DNA of 63,550 nucleotides, counting the filler, from Octopus bimaculoides (lineage: Eukaryota), in assembly GCF_001194135.2 (NCBI RefSeq). It is 6 parts of 6 records of this genome, joined end to end, with 100 filler letters (N's around TTAATTAATTAA, not from the genome) between each part and the next. Parts side by side here need not be neighbours in the genome. Positions count along the whole stretch, not along the records: positions 27,725 to 42,534 come from NC_068982.1; positions 42,635 to 47,946 come from NC_068990.1; positions 48,047 to 55,545 come from NC_068983.1; 3 more parts are not named here. The stretch is one strand, 5' to 3'. The notes beneath the pieces were generated by a model, which saw nothing but the letters and a program-made list of their open reading frames with translations, made no database searches and had not been told where the DNA came from. The first letter of the stretch is position 1. Every line of letters starts with the position of its first letter. Positions 38,765 to 51,738 of this stretch are shown piece after piece. The position numbers and the translations under genes were made by a program.

Positions 38765-39030
38765 AAATATCATACATAAAGCAGAGCTCGAGGCTGTTTT
38801 TTTTGCAGCATTCACTGCCTCTTGAATCTTCAATTTCCTGTCAGTTTTGAGCTTGGGTTGCATTACACCCTTATCCCCAAATTCCTTAAGCATACAAAAG
38901 AGCTTTGCTTCTCCATCCTTGTACTCCTCCACCATGGATTTTAAGGGTAGCTTCAGCTTTGCTTGGCGACAGTAGAAAGCAAGATTAGTGAGGCCAGGTT
39001 GGGACATTAAGCCATTCTAAGAGAACAAAT
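38765..39030 (-). mobile_element. HERO-like RLE LINE fragment
   Basis: PGLTNLAFYCRQAKLKLPLKSMVEEYKDGEAKLFCMLKE...QPKLKTDRKLKIQEAVNAAK resembles the post-RT region of HERO-clade elements (from recall). Confidence 0.65.
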
Positions 39031-39974
39031 GAAGAAAACTTTGGAAGTGATTCAAAATGCGCTGAAAAGTTAGATTAAACTATCACAGATATAATGCAAA
39101 GCTCGTGATTGTCATTTAAGGAGGAAAGCTTTTCGTGAAGTAAAAAAGCTTTGTGTCAATTGTAAACCCTGTTTTTAAAATCAATAACTGAAGTGCTACT
39201 TGATCAAGCTTTCAAAAACTACAGTTGTATTGATATCTATTGTCGTAAACTCGATAAGATGGACATAGACCATGATTTAAGACATACTTTGTCGCTCGGT
39301 TATATTATCTTAAATCTTGATGCATTAGATGACTCAGATGAGCACTATTAACCTCTTGTATTACATTTTAGTATTATTCTAGTTTTCAAAAGTGCAAAAA
39401 GGCAGTTTTCATACACAGAAATATATACAAATTGATATGTGATGTCCATGTAGACTGCCTACAGAAAAGGCATTCTACGTACCTATCAGCTTTACAGGTG
39501 ATATAGCTTGTTGAAAGTGTTTAAACAACAATCTGCATGGCATAATTCCAATCTTCAACAAAATCGCTGGTATTTTGGCAACCACTTCTACAATATTGTA
39601 TTCTGAAGAATGCTCCCTCAACAGCCTCGGACGAATGAAGGCAAACCTGACGAGTACAATAGGTCAAACCTGACTTGTAGTGTGATAGAACTTAATACTG
39701 AACGGAAATAAGCCAGCATGTCTGTTGGCAAATATGCTGGCCAAATGATTGATATTTTTTGCCGTTAAGAAAGGCAGAAAATAAAAAAATTTTCACATTG
39801 CATATTACGTGAGTTCTGCTAACTATTTATAGTAGATTGATAAAAAAAAAAAAAGCTTTTTTTCTTTTCAGATAATGGTATGATTGTTTTCATCTTTGTA
39901 AATTAGTACCACTCTTCCACTTAACCAATCGCCCACAGTTGATGACAGAATTGTAGTGAATATATATTTAGCTA

Positions 39975-40150
39975 CTTTCAGGATCTTGGAATTCGTCAAC
40001 TGTCTCCTCTCTGATCCAGAAAACAGTGTTATTAGGACAGCTAGGATACTTAGGAGGGTTCTTGGCATCTAAGGTTACCTATTGTAGCCCGATGTTAGGA
40101 ATTTTTCTTTTCTAACAGTTTAATCTGTTATGTGTATATGGATAATAATA
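39975..40150 (+). mobile_element. R4/Dong-like LINE, extreme 3' end
   Basis: With one frameshift it reads IQKTVLLG-TARILRRVLGI*, followed by a short UTR and (AAT)n. Confidence 0.7.
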
Positions 40151-40192
40151 ATATTAATAACAATAATGATGGTGATGATGATAATGATGATG

Positions 40193-40260
<68 letters not shown>

Positions 40261-42084
40261 TTGTTCGTATGTATACATATATGTATGGATGTATTTATGT
40301 ATGTATGAAAGTATGTATATATGTTTCTGCTTATGCATTTGTGTATATATGTAAAACATGTACATTTAAATGTACATGTGTGTTAGTTTTAGTCTTCACA
40401 GATATAGGCATACTGATACGCACATACACACGCACATACGCACGCACATACACACGCACATGCACACGCACATGCACACACACATACACAAGTGCACGCG
40501 CACACGCACACACACCCACACACATACACATCTATCATTGGGAACAATGTCGGAAATATTTTATTCAAGTTACTGATATGATATATATTATCCAAAGTAA
40601 TCATATATTTATTTACCACCAATTGCTGTATGCTAGAAATTGTAAGAAAGGAAGTATTTTCCTTGAGGGAGCGTCTCCATATAACCGAGAGGCTTGTTAA
40701 CAATGACATTCCATTCACTTCCTATATGGATTTCCTTTTAATGTTGTTTATTTCCAATGCTTGTAGAATCAGAAAACCATCTTGCAAAAAAAAATAAATA
40801 AATAAAAGCAACTGTCTTGATCTCATTTTTTTGCGTCCTGGGGTCGATTCCTACTGTGATTTGTCATCCTTCAAGTGTCGGTAAGATAATCAACATTCCA
40901 GTTCCGGCATTGAGCCAATTAACTGTCTTGAAGTGTGTAGCCGTTTTGGTGAAGATAATGTTGTCCACCATAAGGTCCAGCTGTTCTTGCATTGTGGTCG
41001 CTCATGTACCTCAGTGACATTGAGAGCTGAGGAGTGCAAGTTCCAAATAGGGACTCTAATACTGAACAGGTCAAATGATAGAAACCAGGCTAATATGGAC
41101 CACCTGTGCTCAGAGGTAAAAATGGGTTTGCATAGGGACAACACCACGACCTTAGAAAAAACAGCTACAAAAGCATTGATGACAATTCAAAGCCTGGGTG
41201 AGAACAGTAGAGAAAAGTCGTTGGTGGCCTATACTTCATAGAGAACGAAGAGCTTAACTAAGATGGCGTTGTAGAAATAGCAGGAACGCCGGAAAAAATG
41301 CTTTGTGGTATTTTGTTATATTCCTTAAAGTTCTGAGTTCGAATTCCATGGTCGGCCATACCTTTCAGACAACAGAAGTCGACAGCTTCTTTGTACTTCG
41401 ATTTGTACAAGAAGTCATGTACATGCACAGTTTTAATCGTTTGTGGAGCTCAGTTTATGTTAAAACTCATTGTTGCAGCTAACTTCTTTGTGTTGTGAGA
41501 GTAAGTGACTTGGTAACTCATCATAACATTTAGCACCAACACTACGACCACACCAAACAGCAACAACAACAACAACAACCACAACAACTGCAACGACCTC
41601 ATCACTACCACTACTACGTCCACCATCACCACCACCGCCATCACCCCATCATTACTAATACCAACAACAATGCCACCGTTATCAATACCCTTCACCCCCC
41701 CCCCCNNNNNNNNNNNNNNNNNNNNNNNNNNNNNNNNNNNNNNNNNNNNNNNNNNNNNNNNNNNNNNNNNNNNNNNNNNNNNNNNNNNNNNNNNNNNNAA
41801 AAAAAAAACACGCGTTGTTTTTAATCATGTCTGCTCGATTACGGATCACTTAGAACTAAACAACACTTTCAGTGTGCAAGAATCTCAGGTGATTTGGAAT
41901 CTATTCTATTCATACAAATAACGAATTCCACCCTACAAGACGCCAACATCAAAATGTGAGTCCGTGACCTACACACTCAAACGATATCAACACTTACCCA
42001 ATAAATAGTTTTACAACACTCACGAACAAAACTCAACTATTCGTTTTCTCCGTAGATTAGTCTCAGCTAATGTCTTTATAAGTA

Positions 42085-42290
42085 GAGGCTCATGGCTTGG
42101 TAGTTAGAGTGTTGGACTCATGATCGTAGGACTGTGGTTTCGATTCCTGGACTGAGCGATGTGTTGTGTTCTTAAGCAAAACATTTCATTTTATGTTGCT
42201 CCACTTCACTCAGATGGTAAAATGAGTAATCTTGCGATGGATCATCGTCCCGTTCAGGCGGGGAATATGTATGCCATAGAAACTGTATCT
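42085..42290 (+). mobile_element. tRNA-derived SINE, degraded (V-domain-like body)
   Basis: TGGCTTGGTAGTTAGAGTGTTGGACTC...GGTTTCGATTCC head; body GTGTTCTTAAGCAAAACA...CACTCAG...GCGATGGATCATCGTCCCGTTCAGG. Confidence 0.7.
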
Positions 42291-44456
42291 CAGCCGTACA
42301 AAACCCTACACTAAACACGGTTCAATAATTCCACCCCGTCGCACATCCTTCAGAAGAGTTTAGCTGCTGGAATTCCTATCCTATCTACATTTTCTCTATA
42401 TATTATAACTTCCTAAAGTTCAAGCTGAATATCGAATTTCACTCTGCAGAAGCGATGAGGAATATAAAGTTCATGGCTCTTCTTCTTCTTGCTGCTGCTG
42501 TTGCTGTACTTCCTCCTCCTCTCCCTCCTCCTCCNNNNNNNNNNNNNNNNNNNNNNNNNNNNNNNNNNNNNNNNNNNNTTAATTAATTAANNNNNNNNNN
42601 NNNNNNNNNNNNNNNNNNNNNNNNNNNNNNNNNNACAAAACAATAATATATATATATATATGAATACTTCAAGATATGGATTCAGACAATTCATATCTTA
42701 TCATACGGTTATCAAGGTAAGTTCTTCGTACGGACTTGGCTATCAGTCTGAATCGGAATCAATTACAAAGTTGTGTAAAGTGCCCATCCTTGTAACTGAA
42801 AATCCAGAAAATCCGAACGATAAAATTATTCTGTAAGGAGAATATGAAGACATGAAATCTCATACCTCCTGACTTTATATACGTGTGTTTGTTCGTGTGT
42901 GTGTGTGTATACAAAAACACACACATATTTTCGTATTTTCCCATGGCCCCACATATAAACTTCTCCCCATTTCCAACTCTGATAAAATAAATTCTAATCA
43001 TCAAGACTAGTTAAAAGCCGTCAACTTCTCAATGTCCCTCAAATACATGATCTCTTTACGAAAAGAACAGAGATCAACAGAGAACAACACACAGGCTCAA
43101 TTTTGGACCCCTATTCCTAGAGTGTTTGAATAAAAGGAGCACTGGTGGTGACCTGATCACCTTTAGCCATTGGTCAGCACGTTCATAGCTGACTTGAGGC
43201 CAAGCAACAACAGGGATAGAGAACTAGAGTAGACCATGGAGACTGTATGACATAGCCACACTGTCATATAGCATTCGGTGCGGTTAACAATTGAATATCC
43301 TCAGCAAATCACAGATACAATACATCTGGAGCTACAGATTTGTAGATCTTGTTCAAAGCCGACCTGGAGTTAAACAACAACAACAGGCAAACAAAAATAC
43401 AGTGGTACGTTAAGACAACATGCTCATACCAACACAATGCGCTCTAAAAAGTTAGCTACAGTGTGGTACATCTGGAACTATAAGATCTGTCAGCCTGTTG
43501 GCAGCCATCTACTTGTGTGCCACAGGTTTCCTGGACTATTGTTCAATGAGCTCTTTCACCGAAGTGACAGTGATATGCCTCCTCGCCAGTCGTAACCCTA
43601 TTTGAAGCTAAGTAGACTGAGCCTTTTGTAACCTAAGTATTTTGACTTTGAATACATCACAGAAGAGCTGACAAGATAAATTCACTGAGTCCCTTGGCTG
43701 GATGTTGTGAATTAGCTCCCGTATCAACCATCATCGGGCATGATCACCCCTACCATGACCATCCTATCGAGGGTTATGTTTTCAGACGAAGTTTATCTAA
43801 ATTATCAAAAGTATTTCTTATTCTTTTTTTCAGACATAATGCATCATTTCTTCTTTTTCAGACATGGTGTATTTTTTCTTCTTTCTTTCAGACATAGTGC
43901 ATATATAGGAATACATTGTCAAAAGTGTTTCCTTCTTGTTCAGCCAAGGCGTATCTAGGAAAACACAAGCCAAAGTGTCTTTTGTTCTACTTTTGGAAGG
44001 CAGAAATTAATCTGAGGGAGATTTGGCTGGCATTTCTTGCACATCAAGCACCACGTAGCGGTCGGTATGTCGTTGCTTCGTGGGTGTTCGATGTTGTACT
44101 CCACTACTGATCAACCAAGATACTCTTCATCATGCGATACTCCTCCGTGCAACTGCCCTGCAACACATTACAATTCATGCTAACAAGTCACGTGTCAGAA
44201 ATATGAATGAATTTATCAGCGGATTTAATGAATGTCTTTACAGAGACGTGGGCGGCGGCTTACGTCTACTACTATTACTGCTACTGCTGATGCTACAGCT
44301 GCTGCTGCAAATGATGATGATGATGATGATTAACATTACTATTAACATCCTGCCATTACCACTAATACGATTGATAACACCATGATTATCGCTGCCGCCA
44401 TCACCACCAGCCACAAACAACCATCACCATCACCACCTCTACAACAACAACAACTG

Positions 44457-44507
<51 letters not shown>

Positions 44508-44695
44508 TAGCAGTAATAATAACGCGCCACTAATAACACCGCCATTACCACAACACAACAACCTCTATTAGTATTGCTGCTCTCGCTCACACCACCACCA
44601 CCACCACCACCACAACCACCACCATCCCCATCACCAATACCACCATAACCACCATTACTACTACTACTACTACTACTACTACTACNNNNNNNNNN

Positions 44696-44727
<32 letters not shown>

Positions 44728-45166
44728 AACACCCCCACAAAGTTTACAATTCTAGATAACAAGCGGAAATTGAAGCTAGTTTGGAGGGGTGGCAGGATGA
44801 GGTTTCATTCAGTCGGAAGGTGTGGACAGTTCTTAGTCTCGAGTTGTTTACATAATATTTTATCTCACTATTGGTTTTGTTGTTGTGGTTGTTGTTGCAG
44901 CCATTGCTGCTGCTGCTGTATGCTGTATGTGGTCCTATTGTAATTTATATGTTGTTGTTGCTGTTATTCCTGTTGTTTTAAGTCGAAAGAGGTTGCTGCA
45001 GCTGTTGTTGTTGTTGTTGTTTTATGTTAAATTATAAGTTTTAGTGAACTTTTCGTAAAAACGTAGATTTTTGATTTTATCTCAAAAAAAAAAAGGAGTG
45101 GAAAAGCGAGACATAGAGAAAGAGAGAAGGAAAGAGACAGAGAGAGAGAGAAAAAGTGAAAGAAAA

Positions 45167-45217
<51 letters not shown>

Positions 45218-45958
45218 GAGAGATAGACAGATAGATAGGTGTNNNNNNNNNNNNNNNNNNNNNNNNNNNNNNNNNNNNNNNNNNNNNNNNNNNNNNNNNN
45301 NNNNNNNNNNNNNNNNNNNNNNNNNNNNNNNNNNNNNNNNNNNNNNNNNNNNNNNNNNNNNNNNNNNNNNNNNNNNNNNNNNNNNNNNNNNNNNNNNNNN
45401 NNNNNNNNNNNNNNNNNNNNNNNNNNNNNNNNNNNNNNNNNNNNNNNNNNNNNNNNNNNNNNNNNNNNNNNNNNNNNNNNNNNNNNNNNNNNNNNNNNNN
45501 NNNNNNNNNNNNNNNNNNNNNNNNNNNNNNNNNNNNNNNNNNNNNNNNNNNNNNNNNNNNNNNNNNNNNNNNNNNNNNNNNNNNNNNNNNNNNNNNNNNN
45601 NNNNNNNNNNNNNNNNNNNNNNNNNNNNNNNNNNNNNNNNNNNNNNNNNNNNNNNNNNNNNNNNNNNNNNNNNNNNNNNNNNNNNNNNNNNNNNNNNNNN
45701 NNNNNNNNNNNNNNNNNNNNNNNNGACTTAAATTAATTTGAATTCCGTTTTTTTTTCAAGGGTAACACCATTGAGACAGAAAATGGTAACATATTCCTTA
45801 TTTCTCTCTCAGATTACTGCTTATGATACCTAATATCATATTACATTCAAAATGTTAGGAGTTAATTCATTCATAATTTTGAGTGACAGCTTGTTAGTTA
45901 CAAACATCACACTTTTGCACCTGTTCTCTCAATCTGTATTTCGTTCAGGTACAGAATA

Positions 45959-46181
45959 TACGAAGGAGTGCTGAAAAGTTTCTGGCTTTGGGTAAAAGAA
46001 AATACAGGAGGATCAGTTAATTATGATTTTATTCAACATATCCCCACTGTCAGATTCCACACTTATTGCAACGGTCCTTCAGCTTTTCTAATCTCTGTAA
46101 AAAAAAACTCGGAGGGCTAGACCTCCAACCAGGCTTTTCACGACACCCTTAAAGCCAGGAACTTTTCGGTTCACCCTCCTA
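45959..46181. mobile_element. Mariner-type MITE (~220 bp)
   Basis: TIRs TACGAAGGAGTGCTGAAAAGTTTCTGGCTTT and AAAGCCAGGAACTTTTCGGTTCACCCTCCTA; TA at both ends. Confidence 0.75.
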
Positions 46182-46504
46182 CAGATTCATTATATTTCTT
46201 GTTTTTCGTGGCTTCTTTTTTATCTCTCTATAATAATGCTGGTTGGTGCATTGGCTGGCTGGTTGATATATCCAGTCACATGTTACTGTGTGTAAAGAGA
46301 GGAGAAGACTGGGTAACAGAAAGAATTAGAAGGATGAGTGTACATATGAGGCTTGGTGGCAGGCAATGACAATCTTCTGAAAAAAAATTCACATTTTTCT
46401 TATGACATTTTGCAGCGATAGGTTTTCAATGGAACAAACTGCTATTATGTTGCTAGAATTTAGAAAATTAATACCATATGTATTGCAAATATACAAATCT
46501 TTTA

Positions 46505-47050
46505 TCTTTATTTTTGACTTGTTTCAGTCATTAGACTGCGGTCATTCTGGGGCACCTCCTTGAAGAATTTTTAGTCGACTGTATTGACCCCAGTATTATC
46601 TTTTTAAAACCTAGTAATTATTCAACGAGTGTCTTTTTGTTGAGCCGCTATGGCTCGGTGGTTAGAGCGTCGGGCTCACAATCATGAGGTAGTGAGTTCG
46701 ATTCTCGGACCAAGTTCAGTTGTGTTCTTGTGCAAGACACTTTATTTCATGTTGCTCCAGCTCACTCAGCTGTAGAAATAAGTTACGATGTCACTGGTGC
46801 CAAGCTGTATCAGCATTTGCCTTTCTCTTGGAGAATATCGGTGGCGTGGAGAGGGGAGTCTGGTATGCATGGGCAACTGCTGGTCTTCCATAAACAACTT
46901 TGCCCGGACGTGTCCTTCGGAGAGTAACTTTCTTGGTGCAATCCCATGGTCATTCATGTTCGAAAGGGGTCTTTACCCTTTTGCATATATACGATGGGCT
47001 TCTTTCAGTTTCCGTCTACTAAATCTACTCACAAGGCTTAGGTCGGCCCT
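46505..47050 (-). mobile_element. Family A SINE pieces (-) flanking a different tRNA-derived SINE (+, ~46645-46982)
   Basis: Family A 3' part 46505-46650 and body 46985-47050 on -; between them a tRNA-like head TGGCTCGGTGGTTAGAGCG...GAGTTCGATTCTC. Confidence 0.75.
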
Positions 47051-47065
47051 ATGTTAAATTAAAAG

Positions 47066-47096
<31 letters not shown>

Positions 47097-47101
<5 letters not shown>

Positions 47102-47495
47102 AGGCGTGGCAATGTGGTAAGAAGGTTGCTTCCCAGCCTCATGATTCTGGGTTTAGTCCCACTGCGTGGCACCTTGGGAAAGTGTCTTCTACAATAGCCC
47201 CAGGCTGACCAAAGCCTTGTCAATAGATTTGGTAGACGGAAACTGAAAGAAGCCCGTCGTATATATATGTATATATTTATGTGTCTTTGTGTCTGTGTTT
47301 CCCCCACCACCACCACCGTTTGACAACCGGTGTTGGTGTGCTTACGTCCCTGTTACTTAGCGGTTCGGCAAAAGAGACCACTACAGTAAGTACAAAGAAT
47401 AAGTCCTGAGGTTGATTTCTTCGACTAAAAAACCTTTTAAACGGTGCTCCAACATGGCCGCAGTCAAATGTCTGAAACAAGTAAAAGAATAAAAA
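47097..47495 (+). mobile_element. SINE family A, full length
   Basis: GCGCAGGCGTGGCAATGTGGTAAG head through ACAAGTAAAAGAATAAAAG tail, with internal (TA/TG)n. Confidence 0.9.
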
Positions 47496-47507
47496 GAAAA
47501 TAAATAT

Positions 47508-47547
<40 letters not shown>

Positions 47548-47549
<2 letters not shown>

Positions 47550-47640
47550 GAGAATATACGAAAAAACAACAACAGACGAGGACAGGTGGTGTAAATAACA
47601 AAAGGATGTATTAGTATGACGCTCGGGAATACGGAAAGTT
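47548..47640 (-). mobile_element. Penelope-like repeat, copy 3 (truncated before the hammerhead)
   Basis: (TA)n-GGGAGAATATACG...GACAGGTGGTGTAA...GGATGTATTAGTATGACGCTCGGGAAT, as in copies 1 and 2. Confidence 0.75.
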
Positions 47641-47842
47641 TTTGTATCATTTGCTTCTCTCCGTCATAGAAGTCCATTCGAGGGACTTCTACAAAGATTT
47701 TGTAAACCTATTTTAAGTTCCATCGACCCTAGGCAATGGTAAAACATATTAGGTCAAGATGGTTCGAACCTAGGACCGTATAGCAGTGAAATGAACATCT
47801 GTAGCCATATGTGTGCGTATAAATATATAAATATATAAATAC

Positions 47843-47882
<40 letters not shown>

Positions 47883-48194
47883 CAAAATGTATATGCATAC
47901 ATACATGTGTATGTGTATATGTATGCATACATATTTATATATATATNNNNNNNNNNNNNNNNNNNNNNNNNNNNNNNNNNNNNNNNNNNNTTAATTAATT
48001 AANNNNNNNNNNNNNNNNNNNNNNNNNNNNNNNNNNNNNNNNNNNNGTGGGAGCGCTACAAGTGTATTGAGGTCACAAAATCCTAGTTTGAAGGAGATTC
48101 GTTTTGTGCTTCTTGGAAATGAATAAATGTTTCTCCTGAAAAGTCTAAAAACTTCTGGACTACACCTTGTGTGTGTGTGCGCGCGTGTGTATGT

Positions 48195-48244
<50 letters not shown>

Positions 48245-49007
48245 TTGTAGTGCGACGATTTGGCAGAGCTGTTAGAGGGTCAATGAGAATGCGTTGCTGT
48301 ATTCAGTTCGGTTATCTATGATCTGAGTTCAAATTCTCCTGAGGTCAACTTTGTCTTTTATCCCTCCCGCGTAAGGCACATAGGGTACCAGCCAAGGTTT
48401 AAGTGCCGATTATTCTTTCCGCATCTCTCACTCTCATCGCAAGACACACTTTAACTCACAACGGCACCCGTACAACGATGACAATTCAATTTCATGAACG
48501 CACTGATCTACGTATTCACTGAATTATAGTGTGAGTGGTTGAGTATCCCGCAAACACTAGCAACTTCAAACTCATTTCAGGCAGAATCGGCATGACACAG
48601 TAAGTGTATATGAATGACATGATTGTCCCTTTCAACTGAAGGTACTGTTTATCCGATACCCCCCACCTACTTTGCATCTACACCACTGGGTTTATATGAC
48701 ATAACTCGATCCGAAGTTGTACTAACAATAAGCTCTTGTCCAAAGTGCCACGCCGTGTGACTGAACCAAGGAGAACATGATTGTGAAGTGAACTTGCTAA
48801 CTAATTGGTCATACTTTATCTACGTTCACATGTATGGGTTGAAGTAGGTTTACATACATACATACATACATACATAAATATATACATACATGCCTACATA
48901 TGGACATACACACAAACACACTCTCTTTCACACACTGGAACTACTTGATTCGATGTGAATACAAACAGGTTGGCAACTTGTTTCTCTGGGCTTCGTCAAG
49001 TGATATT

Positions 49008-49057
49008 GACACCTCTGATGAGACGCCAATAAGGGTCGAAAATCAATTAAGGCTGTC
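49008..49057 (+). ncRNA. Type-I hammerhead ribozyme, canonical core
   Basis: Stem I GACACCT/AGG(C)TGTC; CTGATGA 49015-49021; stem II GAC(G)CC AATAA GGGTC; GAAA 49038-49041; stem III AA TCAA TT; predicted cleavage after A49049 (TTA). Confidence 0.7.
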
Positions 49058-49771
49058 CATCACTGTCCCCATCTACGGAGAAACAGGTAAGCTTGACATA
49101 CTTCTATGTCTACTAAGTAGGTCTACACACACACACACACGCACACACACACACACACACGTATATATATATATACGTACACAAACACATACGCTCACAT
49201 AGAAAATCGTTTAATTGAATACCTAAAAAGCAAGAGAAAAATAAGAATACTACTATAGAAAACGCAAATAAACAAGCCAGATGTTAAATTTGACATTAGC
49301 GTACCGATTAAAGTTTGGGAAAGAAAATTCCAAAAAACACAAAATACAAACAAACAAAAACTTTATATGAAGATGAGACGTTGTCAACGAATATAATTAA
49401 AGGTGAATATAGCTTAAAACTTTTACAACTTTTTCTGAAAACGGAAAAAAAAAAGTATGAATGTTTGTATATACATACGCGCGCGTACACAGATATTTAT
49501 ATAAGTTTGCTTTTCAGATTTGAAAGATTATTAAATCATAGTATTGTTGTTACTTCGGGCAATATCTTAATTTTTATCTTTTTGCGTGGTTTCCTTACTT
49601 TTCTTTCTACGTTCTGTTTGTTCCGTTTGTAACAGAGTTCTTTTTTTCTTTTTAAAAGAATTTATATAGTTTGTTTTTACTGTTTATTTTAAAGGAAAAC
49701 TGTTGAATTTGTAATTTTACAATAACAATTTGTAACGTTGGTGCATTGCCAGAGATTTATAGTAGGAAGAA

Positions 49772-51738
49772 ACAGCTGCCAAATTGACCCTTGTACTTCG
49801 ATTGTTTAGGTATTTTATTTCATTGACACTATAAAAATGTAAGGTTAAAGTTGACTTCGGTGGAATTTCAACTGAGAACGTTAAAAGCCGGACCAAATAG
49901 CGCAAAGTATTGCATCCGGTACTCTAACGATTTTATCATTACGTAATGACTGTTATTAATACAAACGCAAAGCACTAAAATTTGAAGGAGGGGTTTAATC
50001 GTTAAAATAGACCCAGCACGGGGTGTTCCTTATCGACATTTAATACAAGGAAGATAATAATTTCTTCATAATATTTGGCGGGATTAGAAGTTTGAATTTG
50101 AAATTTAGGAATAAGGAACAAAATGGATAGAATACACGCTTTTAATTGTTTTTTTGTTGTTTAAGTAAACAACAAAAAAACAATTAAAAGATGTTCTTAA
50201 GTTACTTGACTGATAACCTATTTTATTGATTCCAGGAGGATGAAAAGCAAAATTAAGCTCGGTGAGGTTTGAATTCAGAAAGTAAAAAAAAAACCCGAAA
50301 GAAATATCGCTTTATATCTCTGTTATAATCCTTTCTATATGGAGGTGCAATGGCCCAGTGGTTAGGGCAGTGGACTCGCGGTTTCGATTCTCAGACCGGG
50401 CGTTGTGTGTGTTTATTGAGCGAAAAAACACCTAAGCTTCACGAGGCTCTGGCAAGGGGGTGGTGGCGACCCCTGTTGTACTCTTTCGCCCCAATTTTCT
50501 GTCACTCTTTCTTCCTGTTTCTTGAGTAACGCTGCGATGGACTGGCGTCCTGTCCAGCTGGGGGGAAATACATACGCCATAGAAACCGGGCCCATGAGCC
50601 TGGCTAGGCTTGAAAAGGGTGCAAAATAAAAAATAATAATCCTTCCTATCATTGGCACAAGGCCTGAAGTTTTTGAAGGGAAGGGGTAAAACGATCACAT
50701 TGATCCCAGGGCTTGACTGGTTCTAATTTCATTGACCTAGAATAGTGGACGAAATGCCGTTAAGCATTTTGTCCGGTCAGCATGCTAACGATTCTGCCAG
50801 CTTGTGAGCTTTTACCTTTTTGTAATAATTCTTTCTACTATAGGCACAAGACCTGAAATTCTGAGGGTGGAGGCTAGTCGAGTACATCGATTCCAGTGCT
50901 CAACTGATACTTTATTTTATCGACCCTGAAAAGCTGAAAGGCAAAGTCGATTCCAGTGGCATTTCAACTCAGAATGTAGAGATGAACAAAATGCTGCACA
51001 GTGTTCCCTCTGAATCATTACCTCCTGATTTCAAATCCCGCCGAGATCAAATCTGTCTTTCATCCCTTCGGGATCGATAACATGAAATATTAGTCAAGTA
51101 CTTGGATCGATTTAATCGACTTACCCTTTCGCCGAAATTACTGGCTTTGTGCCAAAATTTAAAACCAATATTAAGAAGACTGCAAAATCTTTCAAAACTA
51201 ATACGAATAAAAAAATATCAAAGAGAAAGAAGGAAAAGAAGAGGGTAAAAGAGGGAAAGATATGAAAAGAGGTGGAGGAGGAGGCAGTGGCGGAAGGAGG
51301 ATAAGTAAAATAAAAAAGAATGCGAGGTAAAGAAAACATGAGTATAACTGATAAATCAAATACGTGTGAAAGTAATTATTGGAAACATTCTCTTGTTTAA
51401 TGTAATACATAATTTTCAAGGAAACAGTTTCGGTCTCGATACCAGAAGCAACTCAATTGCTATTCATTTAAAATAAACTGATTGATTTAACAATAAATTA
51501 TCTTGGGTATTATTGTTTAGCTCCCAGAAGTCGGTGAGCTGTTAGACTCGTTAGCACGTCGGGCAAAATTCTAAGCGGCATTTCTTTCTGTTTTACCTAT
51601 TGAGTTCAGATTCCACAGAGGTCAACTTTGCTTTCACCCTTTCAAGATCGATAAAATAAGTCTCAGTTAAGTGCTGGGGTCGGTGTAATCGACTACCTCC
51701 CTCCCCCCACAAATTGCTGCCCTCGTGCCAAAATTAGA
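49772..51738. mobile_element. Dense SINE cluster: about six family C copies on both strands plus a family B-head SINE at 50341-50630
   Basis: Family C body at ~49772-49935(-), 50215-50300(-), 50640-50808(-), 50822-50998(-), 51010-51168(+), 51528-51738(+). Confidence 0.8.

Noticed and set aside
39641-39677. CTGACGA..GGTC-AAAC hammerhead-like string
   Set aside because: G12 is missing and stems I-III do not pair properly.
40850-41240. ORFs with faint GPCR-TM4/ECL2 (minus) or mariner-HTH (plus) resemblance
   Set aside because: Charged residues in the supposed helix, no following TM segment, no diagnostic motif; similarity too weak to call.
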